A stretch of 63,703 bases of DNA, filler included, from Octopus bimaculoides (GCF_001194135.2; 5 parts of 3 records of this genome joined end to end with filler, not necessarily neighbours in it), one strand, 5' to 3'. Shown: positions 13,430 to 27,202, numbered from the whole stretch's first letter. Numbers and translations are program-made. The notes: generated by a model from the letters alone, not told the origin.

Positions 13430-15013
13430 GTGGTGGACTGGAAGAATCAGTAGTGTCGTGGACAAAATGCCTTGCAGAATTTGGTTTATGTCCCTTTCTG
13501 TTGTTAGTTCAAATACTGCCAGGAGTTGACCTTGCCCCTCATCGTCCTAAGGTGGGTTGATAAAACACAATAGCAGTCAGTTAAGTACTGGAGTTGTTAA
13601 TCCTTCCCTCTCCCTAACACTTTCTGGCCTTGTGCCAATGTTATAAATAATAATAATAATAATTATTATTATTATTATTATTATTATGATTATTATTATT
13701 ATTAAGGAAGCAAGCTAACAGAATTGTTAGCGTGCCAGACAAAATGCTTATGCTTAGCAGCATTTTGTCCATCTTTACGTGTTGAGTTCAAATACCGCCA
13801 AGATCAACTTAGTTGTTCAACCTTTTGGAATTGGTAAAATAAGTACCAGTTGAGCACTGGGATTGATGTAATCGATTGTCCCCCTCCCCTACAATTTCAG
13901 GCCTTGTGCCAATATTAGAAAATATTAATATTATTATTGATACTAATATCATTATTAGGGTGAGATTGGCAGAATCATTAGAGCAAAGTAGTGGTTTTCC
14001 CCACTCAATACATTTTCAGTTTAACTTCTGCCAAGGTCAACTTTGCTGTTCATCCTTTTGGAATTGATAAAATAAAGTACCCGTCAAGTATTGGCATCAA
14101 TGTAAGCAACTGGTCTCTTCCACCAAAATTTAGTGTATTATATGTATGTAAAAAATTATTGTTGTTGTTATTAAGGTGGCAAGTTGGCAGGTTTGTTAGT
14201 ATGCAGGACAAAATGCTTAGCAGCATTTCATTTGTCATTATGTTTAGAGTTCAAATTCCACTGAGGTCAAATTTGCCTTTCATCCTTTTGGGGTCGATAA
14301 ATTAGGTAACAGTCAAGTACTAGGGTCGATGCAACTGACTATCTCCCCGCCCACCCCCCAAAAACAAAATTCCAGGCCTTGTGCCTATAGTAGAAAGGAT
14401 TATTATTATTATTATCAAGGTGACAAGAAAGCAGGATCATTAGTATGCCGGACAAACTGCTTAATGGCTTTTTGTCCATCTTTACATCCTGAGCTCAAAT
14501 TCCGCCAAGGTCAACTTGCTTTTCATAATTTGTGGGTCAATGAAATAAGTATCAACCAAACACTGGGGTCAATGTAACTGACTAGACCCCCTCCTCCAAA
14601 ACTTAAGGCCTTCTGCCTATAATAGAAAATATTATTATTATTATTATTATTATTAAGGCAGCAAACTGGCAGAACTGTTAGCACATCAGACAAAATGCTT
14701 CACAGTATTTCTTCTAGCTTTACTTTCCAAGTTCAAATTCTGCTGAGGTTGATTTTGCCTTTCATTCTTTCAGGGTCAGTAAAATAAGTACCAGTTGAGC
14801 ACTTTGGTCATTGTAATCAACTAGCCCCTCCACCAAAATTCCAGGCCTTGTGTCTATAGTAGGAAGGGTTATTATTATTATTATTATTATTACTTTTAAT
14901 CGGCATCTTTCTTACAGTCACTTGCCGAGACACACCCAGCATCCTGGAGCAAGTGGGGGATAAGAGATGTTACAAAATGACTGAAAGCTATATTATTATT
15001 GTTATTATTATTA

Positions 15014-15053
<40 letters not shown>

Positions 15054-15310
15054 CATCGTTAAGGCAGTGGATGGCAAAACAATCAGCAGAGCTGTGGACA
15101 AATATCTTGCAGTATTTACTTATATCCCTTTACATTCAGAGTTCAAATCCTGTCAGGATCAACTTTGCCTTTCATCCTTCTGGGAGGGTTCTATCCCCCC
15201 CCTACCCAACCACCTCCACTACCACTACCACCACCACCACCACCACCACCACCACTATCCCATAAAAGAATCTTGTGGCCTTGTGCCTATATTAGAAATA
15301 AATATTTTCT
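13430..15310 (+). mobile_element. Head-to-tail cluster of about 8 SINE family B copies separated by (ATT)n tracts
   Basis: Copies at about 13430, 13705, 13960, 14170, 14420, 14655 and 15060 plus fragments, all in the same orientation. Confidence 0.85.
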
Positions 15311-16859
15311 AAGACTGAATGGAATTTTGTGTTATGTTAGATTCACCAACTCCCACACACAGTCACCCATTCACACGTTTCACAAGTTTTTTTTTGTGTT
15401 CTTGTTTTTCTCTTTANNNNNNNNNNNNNNNNNNNNNNNNNNNNNNNNNNNNNNNNNNNNNNNNNNNNNNNNNNNNNNNNNNNNNNNNNNNNNNNNNNNN
15501 NNNNNNNNNNNNNNNNNNNNNNNNNNNNNNNNNNNNNNNNNNNNNNNNNNNNNNNNNNNNNNNNNNNNNNNNNNNNNNNNNNNNNNNNNNNNNNNNNNNN
15601 NNNNNNNNNNNNNNNNNNNNNNNNNNNNNNNNNNNNNNNNNNNNNNNNNNNNNNNNNNNNNNNNNNNNNNNNNNNNNNNNNNNNNNNNNNNNNNNNNNNN
15701 NNNNNNNNNNNNNNNNNNNNNNNNNNNNNNNNNNNNNNNNNNNNNNNNNNNNNNNNNNNNNNNNNNNNNNNNNNNNNNNNNNNNNNNNNNNNNNNNNNNN
15801 NNNNNNNNNNNNNNNNNNNNNNNNNNNNNNNNNNNNNNNNNNNNNNNNNNNNNNNNNNNNNNNNNNNNNNNNNNNNNNNNNNNNNNNNNNNNNNNNNNNN
15901 NNNNNNNNNNNNNNNNNNNNNNNNNNNNNNNNNNNNNNNNNNNNNNNNNNNNNNNNNNNNNNNNNNNNNNNNNNNNNNNNNNNNNNNNNNNNNNNNNNNN
16001 NNNNNNNNNNNNNNNNNNNNNNNNNNNNNNNNNNNNNNNNNNNNNNNNNNNNNNNNNNNNNNNNNNNNNNNNNNNNNNNNNNNNNNNNNNNNNNNNNNNN
16101 NNNNNNNNNNNNNNNNNNNNNNNNNNNNNNNNNNNNNNNNNNNNNNNNNNNNNNNNNNNNNNNNNNNNNNNNNNNNNNNNNNNNNNNNNNNNNNNNNNNN
16201 NNNNNNNNNNNNNNNNNNNNNNNNNNNNNNNNNNNNNNNNNNNNNNNNNNNNNNNNNNNNNNNNNNNNNNNNNNNNNNNNNNNNNNNNNNNNNNNNNNNN
16301 NNNNNNNNNNNNNNNNNNNNNNNNNNNNNNNNNNNNNNNNNNNNNNNNNNNNNNNNNNNNNNNNNNNNNNNNNNNNNNNNNNNNNNNNNNNNNNNNNNNN
16401 TATATATATATATATATATGCATATATACATATGTATATATGAGACCCACTTCGGTCATGACTGACCATGGGATTGCTAACAGTCTTTTAATTACACCCC
16501 AGTTCCCTGGCGATCTCGTGTATCCCAGTGGAGGGAATCTTCCCCAATGAACTGCTCAAGTTCCTTGGATGAAATCAGTATCTCTCACCCATTGTTTACA
16601 GCGACTATGAGTTTCCCTTGTAGTCAGTGCCGTCATCAAAGTTACTAGCCTTAAGTTGTCAACAATGGCCTTGTTATTCATAACGGCACTGACTGCATAC
16701 ACCACCACCTTGCTTTTCCATTCCTCAGGTAACTCGGGAATGTTTATATATTTATTTATTTACTTTTATCCGAGGAAAGCAATATTACTTTACATTACGG
16801 CTTTGAAAATAGCATTTTATTTTTTGTTTAAACAGAGATAACAAATTAACACCTGCAAC

Positions 16860-17430
16860 ATGTAAATACGCGCATATATGCACGCGTACATACACACATA
16901 TATACATACATACCTATGCAAACACCTAAATACGTATGTACGTATATATGTATGCACATATGTTCGTGCGTACATATGTACATACGTACACATATGTACA
17001 TAATATATACGCTAATACACAAGCACATGACGGCACATAAGTATAAACATATACGTACGCTCCTCTGCGCATACATAAGTGCATATAGATGTATGGACGT
17101 ATATGCGTGCATCCATGCACATGCACATACATACGGACATAAATAAGCACATAAATAAACACGTGCATAAGTATGTCGACATGTATGTGCATAGATAATT
17201 ATATACGTATGCATAAACAATCGTATTGGCGCTCATACATACGCACGTACGCACAAACGTATGCATATATGTTCATACAAACATATGTACATACGTACTT
17301 ATGTACACTCATATATAGGTACATATGTACATACATACGTACGTACAGACATACCTACGCACATACGTAGGCACATACATACGCATGAACATATGTATAA
17401 ACGTACATACGCACTTGCTTGCGTATAGTA
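16860..17430. repeat. Degenerate alternating purine-pyrimidine (TA/CA/CG) low-complexity tract
   Basis: Direct reading; it produces the spurious overlapping Y/T/H/C/M-rich ORFs. Confidence 0.85.
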
Positions 17431-17742
17431 TATGATGATGATAATAACAACAAAAATAATAGTCGTCTTTTTAATTAATCACTGGCTCGAAGACAGGAAA
17501 AGGAACAAATCTTTCAGTAGGTGTTGCAAAATACCAAAGGATGACATAGCGTGTATAAAAATAAGAAAATTGTTTGTTAAAAAAAACAAAAACGCGCCAA
17601 GAGATTGCGAAAGAAGGCGTCAGAGACGTTATACAATAAAGGGATGTATTGAATAATTTTAAAAACATACACATACTTATACGTTATGCGCATACCCGTG
17701 TGTGTGTATGTGCGAGCGCGCGCACACACACACAAATGCATA

Positions 17743-17776
<34 letters not shown>

Positions 17777-18675
17777 TACATACCTACACACGTTTAAACT
17801 CATATATTTTTACAAATAAAAAAAAACTTGCGAGAAAACGCAATAATTAAAACATGATTCAAACATATACATATGCACGCTAGTAGCAGTAATGTACGAA
17901 GGAAAAATAGTCAATGGCAAAAAGTAGAGAAATAATTTAATCAGATCAATAATTTAATCAGAAATTTGAAATAGAAAAAGATATTGCTTCAGACAGGAGC
18001 GAAAAATATATCGCGGTGTTCAATACAAGGGAAGTCACTCTCAAGGAATTAAGATTGGCAAGGGAGGTAACTCATTTCTTAATTACGGAAAGTGAAATTT
18101 AACAGATTGAATCATGTTTGTGAATTGAGCCATGGACTTTGTGAAGAATATTACATCTTATTTTCTACCGAATTCTCTAGATATGTTTATATCATTTACC
18201 TACAGCCAGACATTCATCTAGCTACAGTCTTCTAATGAAGACAGGCAGCAACTCTGTTGTGTCATCTGCTGTTGATACGCTCAATGTGAAACATTCAACA
18301 CCAGCTCTTTGTCGGTAGCAAGATTACAAAACGACTTAGAATTTTGCCAGATAGAGCGAGCTGAGAAGAAGACCTTAATACTGAGCATCCAGGTCTGGAA
18401 TGTCAGCTACAACAAATGAAACATTTAAAGGCTTTCTGCTATGAAGAGAAAACAACAAACCACGGAAGTTGATACTCCTGAGGCAGCATCACAGACTATG
18501 GTGGTGCTGGGCACAATTTTGGGGTCGCTGGAAGAAGTCGCCTCATCCTCATTGTTGTCTGTTGTCTGTCATTCTGTTGTCTGTCATTCTGACTAAATGC
18601 CCACTCCATCTCAATCTGTACTGCAATAGCAAACCTCCAATACTGAAGCATTTCCCTCTTTCAAGCACCTCATTG

Positions 18676-18960
18676 TCATTTCACAAACATTTTCCAGCTG
18701 ATCCTCAAAATCCTTCTGAGACATTGCTGATGAAAACTTTCCATAAGTTTTAAGTGCTTACGATACACACCCCAGGTTTCACAAGCATACAATAAAGAGG
18801 TTAAGATGCATGTATTGTATGCCTTAATCTTTGTCGCAGTGGAAATGCTATGCCTAGACCATAGGCGGTCTTCCAGTTTGCCAAAAGCAAAACTGGTTTT
18901 TCTGAACGCGTAGGGATACTTCCTCATAAAGTGTGCTCCCTAAGTAAACAAACTAAGAAA
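18676..18960 (-). mobile_element. RTE/BovB-like LINE RT thumb fragment
   Basis: KIKAYNTCILTSLLYACETW...LMESFHQQCLRRILRISW, a typical RTE post-RT motif. Confidence 0.75.
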
Positions 18961-21129
18961 CCACAGCAAGTTTTCTTCCGTACATGAAGATACCAGGTTC
19001 TATGTATGGCATTCCTGGTGCTGACTGAAAGATGACAACAGTTTAGGTTAGATTTATAGTTAAGCCAAGTGCCTCACAAGCCATAGAAATTGCATTCATA
19101 ACATTTTGCATGTCCTCCTCAGTATGAGTGACAATATCACAATCACCTGTTCACCTCTGGATACCAAGCACTTTTTGCCATTTACATTTTCATAGTTAAT
19201 GGATCTCATAATTGTATTTAAGCCTTTTTTCGGGCTACGACCAGCCTCATTCATTGAGCTTGTGTAACTACAGTAAAACTTGCTCAAGAAATACCCATGC
19301 TAGAAACTTTTTAAAGTAAGGAGAGAGCTTGCACTCACCCAATCTCACTCTCTAAGTACCAAAAGCATAACCCATAAAGAGGAATAGTTGCTCTTTGAGA
19401 CTGAAGGTTTAATTTCAGAGTACCCTTCTCCTAGACAGCTTGTCATTCAAGACTAAAGAGCTACTATCCAGCCATCGTAGGGGTTCTAAATGCACTCACA
19501 AGGACACACACAGACACACATTTAACAGCCATAAAGTTAGTAATAATGAATGCACACCATCATATACACTGTACAAGATAAAAAAAATATAAATACATAT
19601 ATACATAATACAAGTAAAAATATAAAAATATATACATATATGCAAAATAAAAATTGACATGTACATAATGCACATAAAATTATTCATAAAAATTCATAAA
19701 AGGAATACACACAAGAATACACACGCACGCACGCACACACACACACACACNNNNNNNNNNCACCTACACAACTACATAATTTATTGGATGGCTGTTGACT
19801 CATCTGAGTTCTTTCGTCCTTTGGTGGGTCTTGTTTTTTATCCCTCAGGGTGTCCAAGTCACCTCTCCCCGCTGACGACCCAACCATGCAACAGGTGGTA
19901 CTGGGTTACATGTTACAAGCAGCACATAAGAGCGACCTGACATACACACATACATACATACATATTCCACTATTCGTTCTTTTGTTCCCCCTCTCTCGTA
20001 TTTCATTGCCTTCTCTTCATGCTCACTTTCCCTCCTCTTTTCACTTCACTGTGTCCCTATCATTTTTTCTCTCCCCTCCTTATTACTTCTGTCCCTCTGC
20101 CTCTTTCTCTTCTCTCTTCTCTCTCAACGTGACTGGTTTTCGGCCAAGCCTGACCTTTCCTTCTGGGTTCGGCCGTTGTCCGTGCAACATCTATATTCTT
20201 CCCTGTGCCTGTGAAATCTTGTATCCCCGCTGTATGGTTTTACTTCCACACACGCCAGCTTAATTTAATTCGTCCTTAGTTCAAAGACACCTGCTATTAT
20301 GTCCTGTTATTTGTATTTGTGTAACATTCTCCGTTTTTTTCCGTCCTTATTTCCGTATACATTCGCTGCTTTCTTCCAAGGAATCTAATGTCATTGGTTT
20401 AGTTTTTCCTTGAAGCTGGCCAGATTGGAACAGTCTCGAGTATAACCAGCCTAAATTGCAAAGATAATCTGGAACTTGACTGAGGAAAGAAAACTGCGAA
20501 TGACCCGTCCTTGTTTTCTTTGTATCGTCTATCTGGATGTTTTGTTTTCCTTTTCTTGTATCACCTAACTGTCTGGATGTCCCATTTCTAGCTGTAATTA
20601 TAGAAGAAACCGTAATTATGGAGTTATGAACTGAATACTAATCTATTTAACGGTTACAAAAAAAAAAAAAAGCGAAACAAAACCCCACTGCTGGCTATAT
20701 GAATCGATTGGAATCATGTTGGGACGATTTACATAATTTGACTGCGAAGCAACTACGACAAGAAGCAACATTTGTAGAACATAGGAAGAAGGTTAGTAAC
20801 AGCAACTTTAATAAAAAAAATAAAAAAATCGAAAATTAACAAAAACGAAACCGTGAAATATATAAGACCAGCACGTGGTTCCACAGCTAGCGTCATTCCA
20901 GCAGATTCTATAGTGCCTGCCAACCAAACTACATTATTAGCTAAAGTAACTGACCACTGTCCCCCTACTATGACCATGGTAAATAGCAGGCACAACCGCA
21001 ACGATTATTGTAGCAGCAGAGGTAGTCAGGATTATATACTGGTGAGATGTGCCCTTACTAAAATTTTCCGAGAAAAAAGGACTGGCTTTGAAGTACTCTC
21101 TTGAGGAGATGGTATTCTCTACCAAAGTA

Positions 21130-22840
21130 AGTAAAAAAAAACCCCACCAGATACAATATTAAATGCAGTTAACTAAATTAATGATGAGTATTTATAGCAG
21201 TATGATGAACCCACATTCTGGCACGTTAACGCCTGTCTATATACTCTGGCTACTACTGCAAAGCAGTACATGAATGATATCCAAAAACTGAACAAAACCG
21301 AAACAACAAAGAAAATACCATCATGGATTTTGAAGACAGAGAAAAAGACAACTGGTTTACAGAAGACCATCAGTCATGCGATGATGCTTATTGCGTGCAA
21401 ACAAGCAACTCCCTATACGTCCCACCAACAGAAAGTAAAGGAGATAGAAATGATGTTTGGAAACAGTAAAAAGAGGACACTCACTTGCAAACTGATTACC
21501 CTCAAGCAGGAGCTAAAAGCTCTCAGCGAGAAACTCCAACATCAGAAGATAATAACCGAGAGAAAAACAATAAACGAAAAAATGTAACTAAAACCAGGCA
21601 GCAATATACAGAGATATAAGAGGAGGATAAGTGAACATCACAGAAGTTCACGAGAAGACTATTGTGAAACCAATAACATCATCACAGCAGAACAAGCAGC
21701 TAGGAAGAAGGGAGTCTTGAGATGTGCCGAGCAATTGTTAATCAACAAAACTGTGATGTCAGAGGTGCAAGAGCTAAGGAGGAACCTAGTTTCAATGTGG
21801 CTAGACTACAAGAAAGCCTTTGACTCTGTTGCCTAGTCTTGGATGTTAGAAGCCCTTCAACTTGCAAATGTTCCAGTGAGAATAGTCAAAGTCATAGCTG
21901 ACTTCACTTCATCGTGGGCCACCATCGTGAAATAAAACACAAAGAGTGAATGTATTATCACCGATAGAATACAATAAAGGTATATTCCAAGAGGACATCA
22001 TCTCTGTGATGTTGTTTATACTTTCTGTAAACCGTTTGTCATTCATGTTAAGGAAGTCTGAAGCATATCTCACTGGTTCACAAAGAAACAGAAATACCAA
22101 AATTAAACACTTTCATTGCGGATGACTTGAAACTTTATGCAAAGAATATGCACGAGGTGAAAAGCCTTGACGTAGTTACAACAATCTATAATGAAATCCG
22201 TCGGAAGAATAACCCTGTGGACAAAGAAGGAAGAACCCACAGTATGGTAGAAGCCATAGCCACTCATAATACAAAGGAGGTATGTCCCAGTGAAAATGTA
22301 AAGCACAATAGACCTGATATAATGATTTGGTATTGAGAAAAGAAACTGTGTACAGCTGAGGAAATTAGCTGCCCAGCAGATGTTAGCATAAAGTGAAAAA
22401 GAGAGTACCTACGCTGAACTACTGAGAAATCTGCTGTTACTCTGTCCAGATTACAAGTTCAGGTTTGTACATGTAATCATTGGGCTCTGGGATTTGTAGC
22501 ACACTGTTTAATTACCAGTCTTGAGAAATTAGGCTTCTCAAAACCAGAAAGGAGAAAGTTAATTCGAAGACAACAGATCAATCCATCACTGGAACTGTAA
22601 AAATTTGTAAAACGTCCCAGAAGTTTATCATTTAAATATATACGGGTATGTCTAGATATACAACTATATGCATGAAAATACATACATAGAACAAAATCTG
22701 CAAATCTGCACGCACACATACAAACATACATACATACATACATACAAACAAAAATACCCTGTTGTTGATGTTGAAATTCTAATGAAGGAGCCTTGAATCT
22801 AGGTTAGAAACCGGCTCTTTCTCTATTGGCAAGAAATCAT
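21130..22840 (+). mobile_element. Decayed, internally deleted RLE-type non-LTR retrotransposon (R4/Dong-like)
   Basis: RT motifs EQLLINKTVM...WLDYKKAFDSV, IFQED..S, ADDLKLYAK; C-terminal restriction-like endonuclease HNRPDI...ISCPAD...IIGALG. Confidence 0.8.
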
Positions 22841-23050
22841 GAAATAAACTGAATATATATATATATATATATAGGCGCAGGAGTAGCTGTGTGATCTTTA
22901 AAAAGAACTTTTATTGAACTTTATTGAACTGCCATTGAATTTTTGACTTTTATTGGATTTGTATTGAACAATGTTTTCGAGGGGTTATCGATCGGCGGGC
23001 GTCGGTGCCTCTCAGTTTTATTCACCTTTTGTTATCATCCTCATCTCATT

Positions 23051-23150
23051 NNNNNNNNNNNNNNNNNNNNNNNNNNNNNNNNNNNNNNNNNNNNTTAATT
23101 AATTAANNNNNNNNNNNNNNNNNNNNNNNNNNNNNNNNNNNNNNNNNNNN
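23051..23150. other. Artificial assembly spacer (44 N + TTAATTAATTAA + 44 N)
   Basis: Identical 100-bp structure occurs four times; the 12-mer encodes stops in all six frames. Confidence 0.9.
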
Positions 23151-23505
23151 ATAAGATGCACCATTTTGAGCGTGACCGTTGCCAGTGCCGCCTGACTGGC
23201 CTTCATAGGGTTTTCGAGAGAGATCGTTGCCAGTGCCCCTAGACTGGCTTTTGTGCGGGTGGCACATAAAAGACACCATTTCGAGCATGGCCATTGCCAG
23301 TACCGCCTGACTGGCCTTCGTGCGGGTGACACGTAAAAGCACCCACTACACTCTCTGAGTGGTTGGCGTTAGGAAGGGCATCCAGCTGTAGAAACTCTGC
23401 CAAATTAGAATGGAGCCTGGTGTTGCCATCCGGTTTCACCAGTCCTCAGTCAAATCGTCCAACCCATGCTAGCATGGAAAGCGGACGTTAAACGATGATG
23501 ATGAT
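23151..23505 (+). mobile_element. RTE LINE 3'UTR with tandem ~63-bp subrepeats and (GAT)n tail
   Basis: gccagtgccgcctgactggc...gtgcgggtggcac units, then gttaggaagggcatccagctgtagaaac...gttaaacgatgatgatg. Confidence 0.85.
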
Positions 23506-23914
23506 AGTTGCATATCTAAACATGCTCATATATATTTAAGCTAGTTAGTAGCTTTTAAGCAACTGACTCTGAATGAGAAGATCTGCAAACAGACCTCTGA
23601 CTTGTTTTAAAGAACTTGTTGTAATTGCTACTGCCAGAGTCATATCCCAATGATGATCGTATTCGTTGCAAAAAATCATGTAAAAAAAATCGCCAAAAAA
23701 CAATCGCAGTAATGAAAACATAGGAATCCAAAATTTCAGGATTGCAGGTCAAGATTCGGCCCGGAATGTTTTTAATTTACTTATGGAGTTAGCCTGATTC
23801 CAAAATGGTATATGTTGGGCTACAGCCTCTAGGAGTAAAGTTGAAAAAGTGTGACACACTAACATTCACATTTATATTATATTATATTATACTATTACAT
23901 TATATTAAGAAAGT

Positions 23915-24590
23915 AGCAAGTTGGCAGAAACTTTAGCACGCCGGGCAAAATGCTTAGCGGTATTTCATCTGTTTTTACATTCTGAGTTCAACTTTGCCTT
24001 TCATCTTGGCTCCCTCCCCAAAAATTTTGGGCCTTGTGCCTAGAGTAGAAAAGAATGTGCTACTGATGGTTAAGGCAATGAGCTGGCAGAAACGTTAGCA
24101 TGCTGGGCGAAATGCTTAGCAGTATTTCATCTGGTGTTAGGTTTTAAGTTCGAATTCCGCCGAGGTCGACTTTGCCTTTCATCCATTCGGGGTCGATAAA
24201 ATTAGTACCAGTTATGTACTGGGGTTGATGTAATCAAATTAATCCCTTCCCCCAAAATTTGAGGCCTCGTGCTTCCAGTAGAAAGGATTTATTAAAGTTG
24301 AAAAAGTATGACACAGTGACATTCACATTTATTATAATAGATATGTTTAATTTTGGGGAAACTTAATTTCAATTAAAGTATATTTTATATATGAATGTGT
24401 GTGCGTGTGCGTGTGTGTGTATTAAAGAAAGCAAAAAATAAAGCAAAAATGATAGTGTTCAGTGGCCTTGTGCCTAGAGTAGAAAAGAACATGCTACTGA
24501 TGGTTAAGGCAGCGAACTGGCAGAAACGTTAGCACACTGGGTGAAATGCTTAGCACTATTTCATCTGGTGTTAGGTTTCAATTCCTGGCA
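23915..24590 (+). mobile_element. Three SINE family B copies or fragments
   Basis: ggcagaaacgttagc...aaatgcttagc heads at about 23920, 24085 and 24520. Confidence 0.8.
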
Positions 24591-24889
24591 ACAGGTATTT
24601 CTGTCAAAGAGACATGGCTAAACAAAGTTGTACATCATCTCCCTCTTTTTCTCACAGACCCACGCTTTCTCTCACTCTTATTATTATTCCCACTGCCACC
24701 ATCAACACTACTTTTAATAAAACATCATCAACTCTCCTTAAATTTCTTTGTCTCTCTTTCTCTCCGTCTCTGTCTGCCTTCGCCACCACCCTCACCGTAT
24801 CTATGCCTACTATTACTCTCACTCCATCATGAGGAATTGTAGGCGTGTCATTGAATAGTGAGAGAAGGGGTCTAAGTGTGAGACACTGA

Positions 24890-25425
24890 CACACAGAAAT
24901 TAGTTTTCGCGTTTATTATATTAGATGATAAACTTCTGGGAAGTTTTACAGATTTTTACAGTTCCAGTGATGGATTGGATCTGTAGGCGCAGTTACCTCC
25001 CTTGACGGCAGCTGTTTAAAACAGCTCGCCACTAAATGACACAAGCAATGTTAAGGTTTGGACACTAAGCCCTGGCAGTTCCTCTTTCGCATTGAGACAC
25101 AGGAGAGCAAAGACATGACCTAGCTATCTCTTGTACACCTGCGGCAGCGAGCACATAAGGTTACGCAGAAGATGAAAATGGTCCTTTCATTAAACTCTTT
25201 CCATTATTATTCAATCTGCATATATTTGAGACCGATGGTAAAGGTATTTGAAGTTGCAGTTTGTTACATGAATCCTTTGTACTGTACTCCTTTATCATAT
25301 GATATTACAGCCTTCTGAACAGAGTCATCATTAGATGGCTTCAACCTGAGAACACCACCATCTAAAGATCTGTAGTCTTCGAATTAGCTTTCTGCTTTCT
25401 GGTTTTGAGAAGCTTAATCTCTCAA
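24890..25425 (-). mobile_element. 3' end of RLE-type LINE interrupted by a 380-bp insertion with a 9-bp target-site duplication
   Basis: Reverse complement matches 22535-22630; gatctgtag is duplicated at 24978-24986 and 25367-25375. Confidence 0.75.
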
Positions 25426-25499
25426 GATTGGTGTTTAGGCAGTGTGTTACATATCTCATGAATGTATGTATGTATGTATGTATTGTGTTTTGCGATATT

Positions 25500-25945
25500 T
25501 TGGCAATTTTTTGCTTTATTCATCAAGTTGCAACAAAAGCAGCCTAGCACTCAAAGTAGAGGCCATTGTGTTGCACTGTCTGAAGCCAGCTTTCTGCCAG
25601 TTCTTTGATTCTATGCTGATACCAGTTCTTGTCCTTCAAGGTGAAGAACTCCTTCATTGACGCTTTCACTTCCTCATGGTTGAGGCACCACATGCGTACG
25701 AAGTGATCCATGGATCGGAACAAATAATAAGCCATGGCTCACTTTCTGCGCTCGTGACACTTTATCAACCAAGAGGAGGTTGAAGCTTCATGAACCAAGT
25801 GAAGGTGGAAGCTTCAGTGAAGGAGTTCTTTGTCTCAAAGGACAAAAACTGGTACCAGCATGGGGGTCAAAGAACTGGCAAGAAAGATGGCTTCAATCTC
25901 TATTTGAATGCTAGGCTGCTTTTTGCTGTAACTTGATGAATAAAG
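25500..25945. mobile_element. Mariner-derived foldback made of two inverted transposase 3' ends
   Basis: Minus ORF YYLFRSMDHF...EFFTLKDKNWYQHRIKELAESW...GLYFEC (mariner C-terminus); an inverted second copy lies at 25790-25945. Confidence 0.8.
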
Positions 25946-27202
25946 TAAATAAGTTAGCAAAATGATGATAAATATCCTCAAATCATAGCAATCGAACTAT
26001 TAATAAGAAAAGAAAAGAAAAAAAACAGCAACAAATGCTGTACTTCAATATCCATTCTTTGACATCAGAAATGCATCAAAATTTTCTTTTTAATCTAGAT
26101 CAAATGAAAACGGAAAAAATGGAAAAATGGCACAATATGAAATTAACGAAACCCGACTAAATCCAAATATGCAACATGAAATATTCTCTATAGCTTCTTT
26201 ACAATTTGCTGCAGCGACTCTCTTCCCAATACACCCACACATTATACAATTCAAGGGAAGAAATTATTGAAATTAGTCATTACTCATTTTGCCCCAATTT
26301 AGACGTCATTTTTTGAAAATTGAAAATTATCGACATTATGGTGAAAAATAAAATTGACAGAGAAAAGAATATTGATTGTTAAACACCAAAAAACTATCCA
26401 GAAAGTTTATTAGCAACTTCAATTACGGTCGGGTCAAAGTAGAAAAATTTCTTGAAAGAAAGTACTTGTCAACTGACCGGTCCAAACTTTCTCAATTTCG
26501 TCAACAATGACTATACCGACCAATTTTTACTCCCAAAGAAGTGAAATAATTGCAATGTAATGGTTTAGAAAAAATAAAAACAAAATAAACATAAAATCAG
26601 AAATTACCCATTTTGCCCCACAATTATTTTTCAGAAATTTATGAGGGAACAAAATCGACTCGTGTTAATTATCCGAATCGTCCCTACTTCCTCTGTAAAA
26701 TTATTTCACAACAAATTCCCTTATAATTGGTATGTACATCATCTGAAAGGTATTCGTAGAAAATTCATTAAAATATATCCATTTTCTGAAAGTTATGAGA
26801 AACAAAATTGAGTGGTGAATGAGCATGCTTGTGTATATAAGCTGTATGTATGCATACTATACCTCGACCGTTTATCTCAGACACGTCTCTCTCTCTTAAT
26901 TTATTCTTTCTTTGGCTCGAAATGTTAAAAAAGACTTCTTCCCTTTTTTCTAGAGGGTCAACCAAATACACCGTTTGTTGTTCTTTCACATAGTCATTGT
27001 GTTTTCTTTATCTTTAGTCTGTATGTACGTACGTAATTACACACAGTCAGAATTAAATGTGAAAATTCAACAAAGTTAAGGGACTTGATTTCTTTCAGTT
27101 ACTTCCCTTACTGTTATTTAAGTGTTGCCAATGAAGCGTACCTTGGATACCAACGTAAACATTTGAGAGCACTTGCTGGTGACAGAAATTAGCTCAACAA
27201 AA

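Noticed and set aside
20485-20525. ctgaggaaagaaaactgcgaatgacccgtc, hammerhead-like
   Set aside because: No GAAA core and no stem I complementarity.
23095-23106. TTAATTAATTAA as a biological site (homeobox or piggyBac TTAA footprint)
   Set aside because: Always centred in exactly 44+44 N, so it is a synthetic linker.
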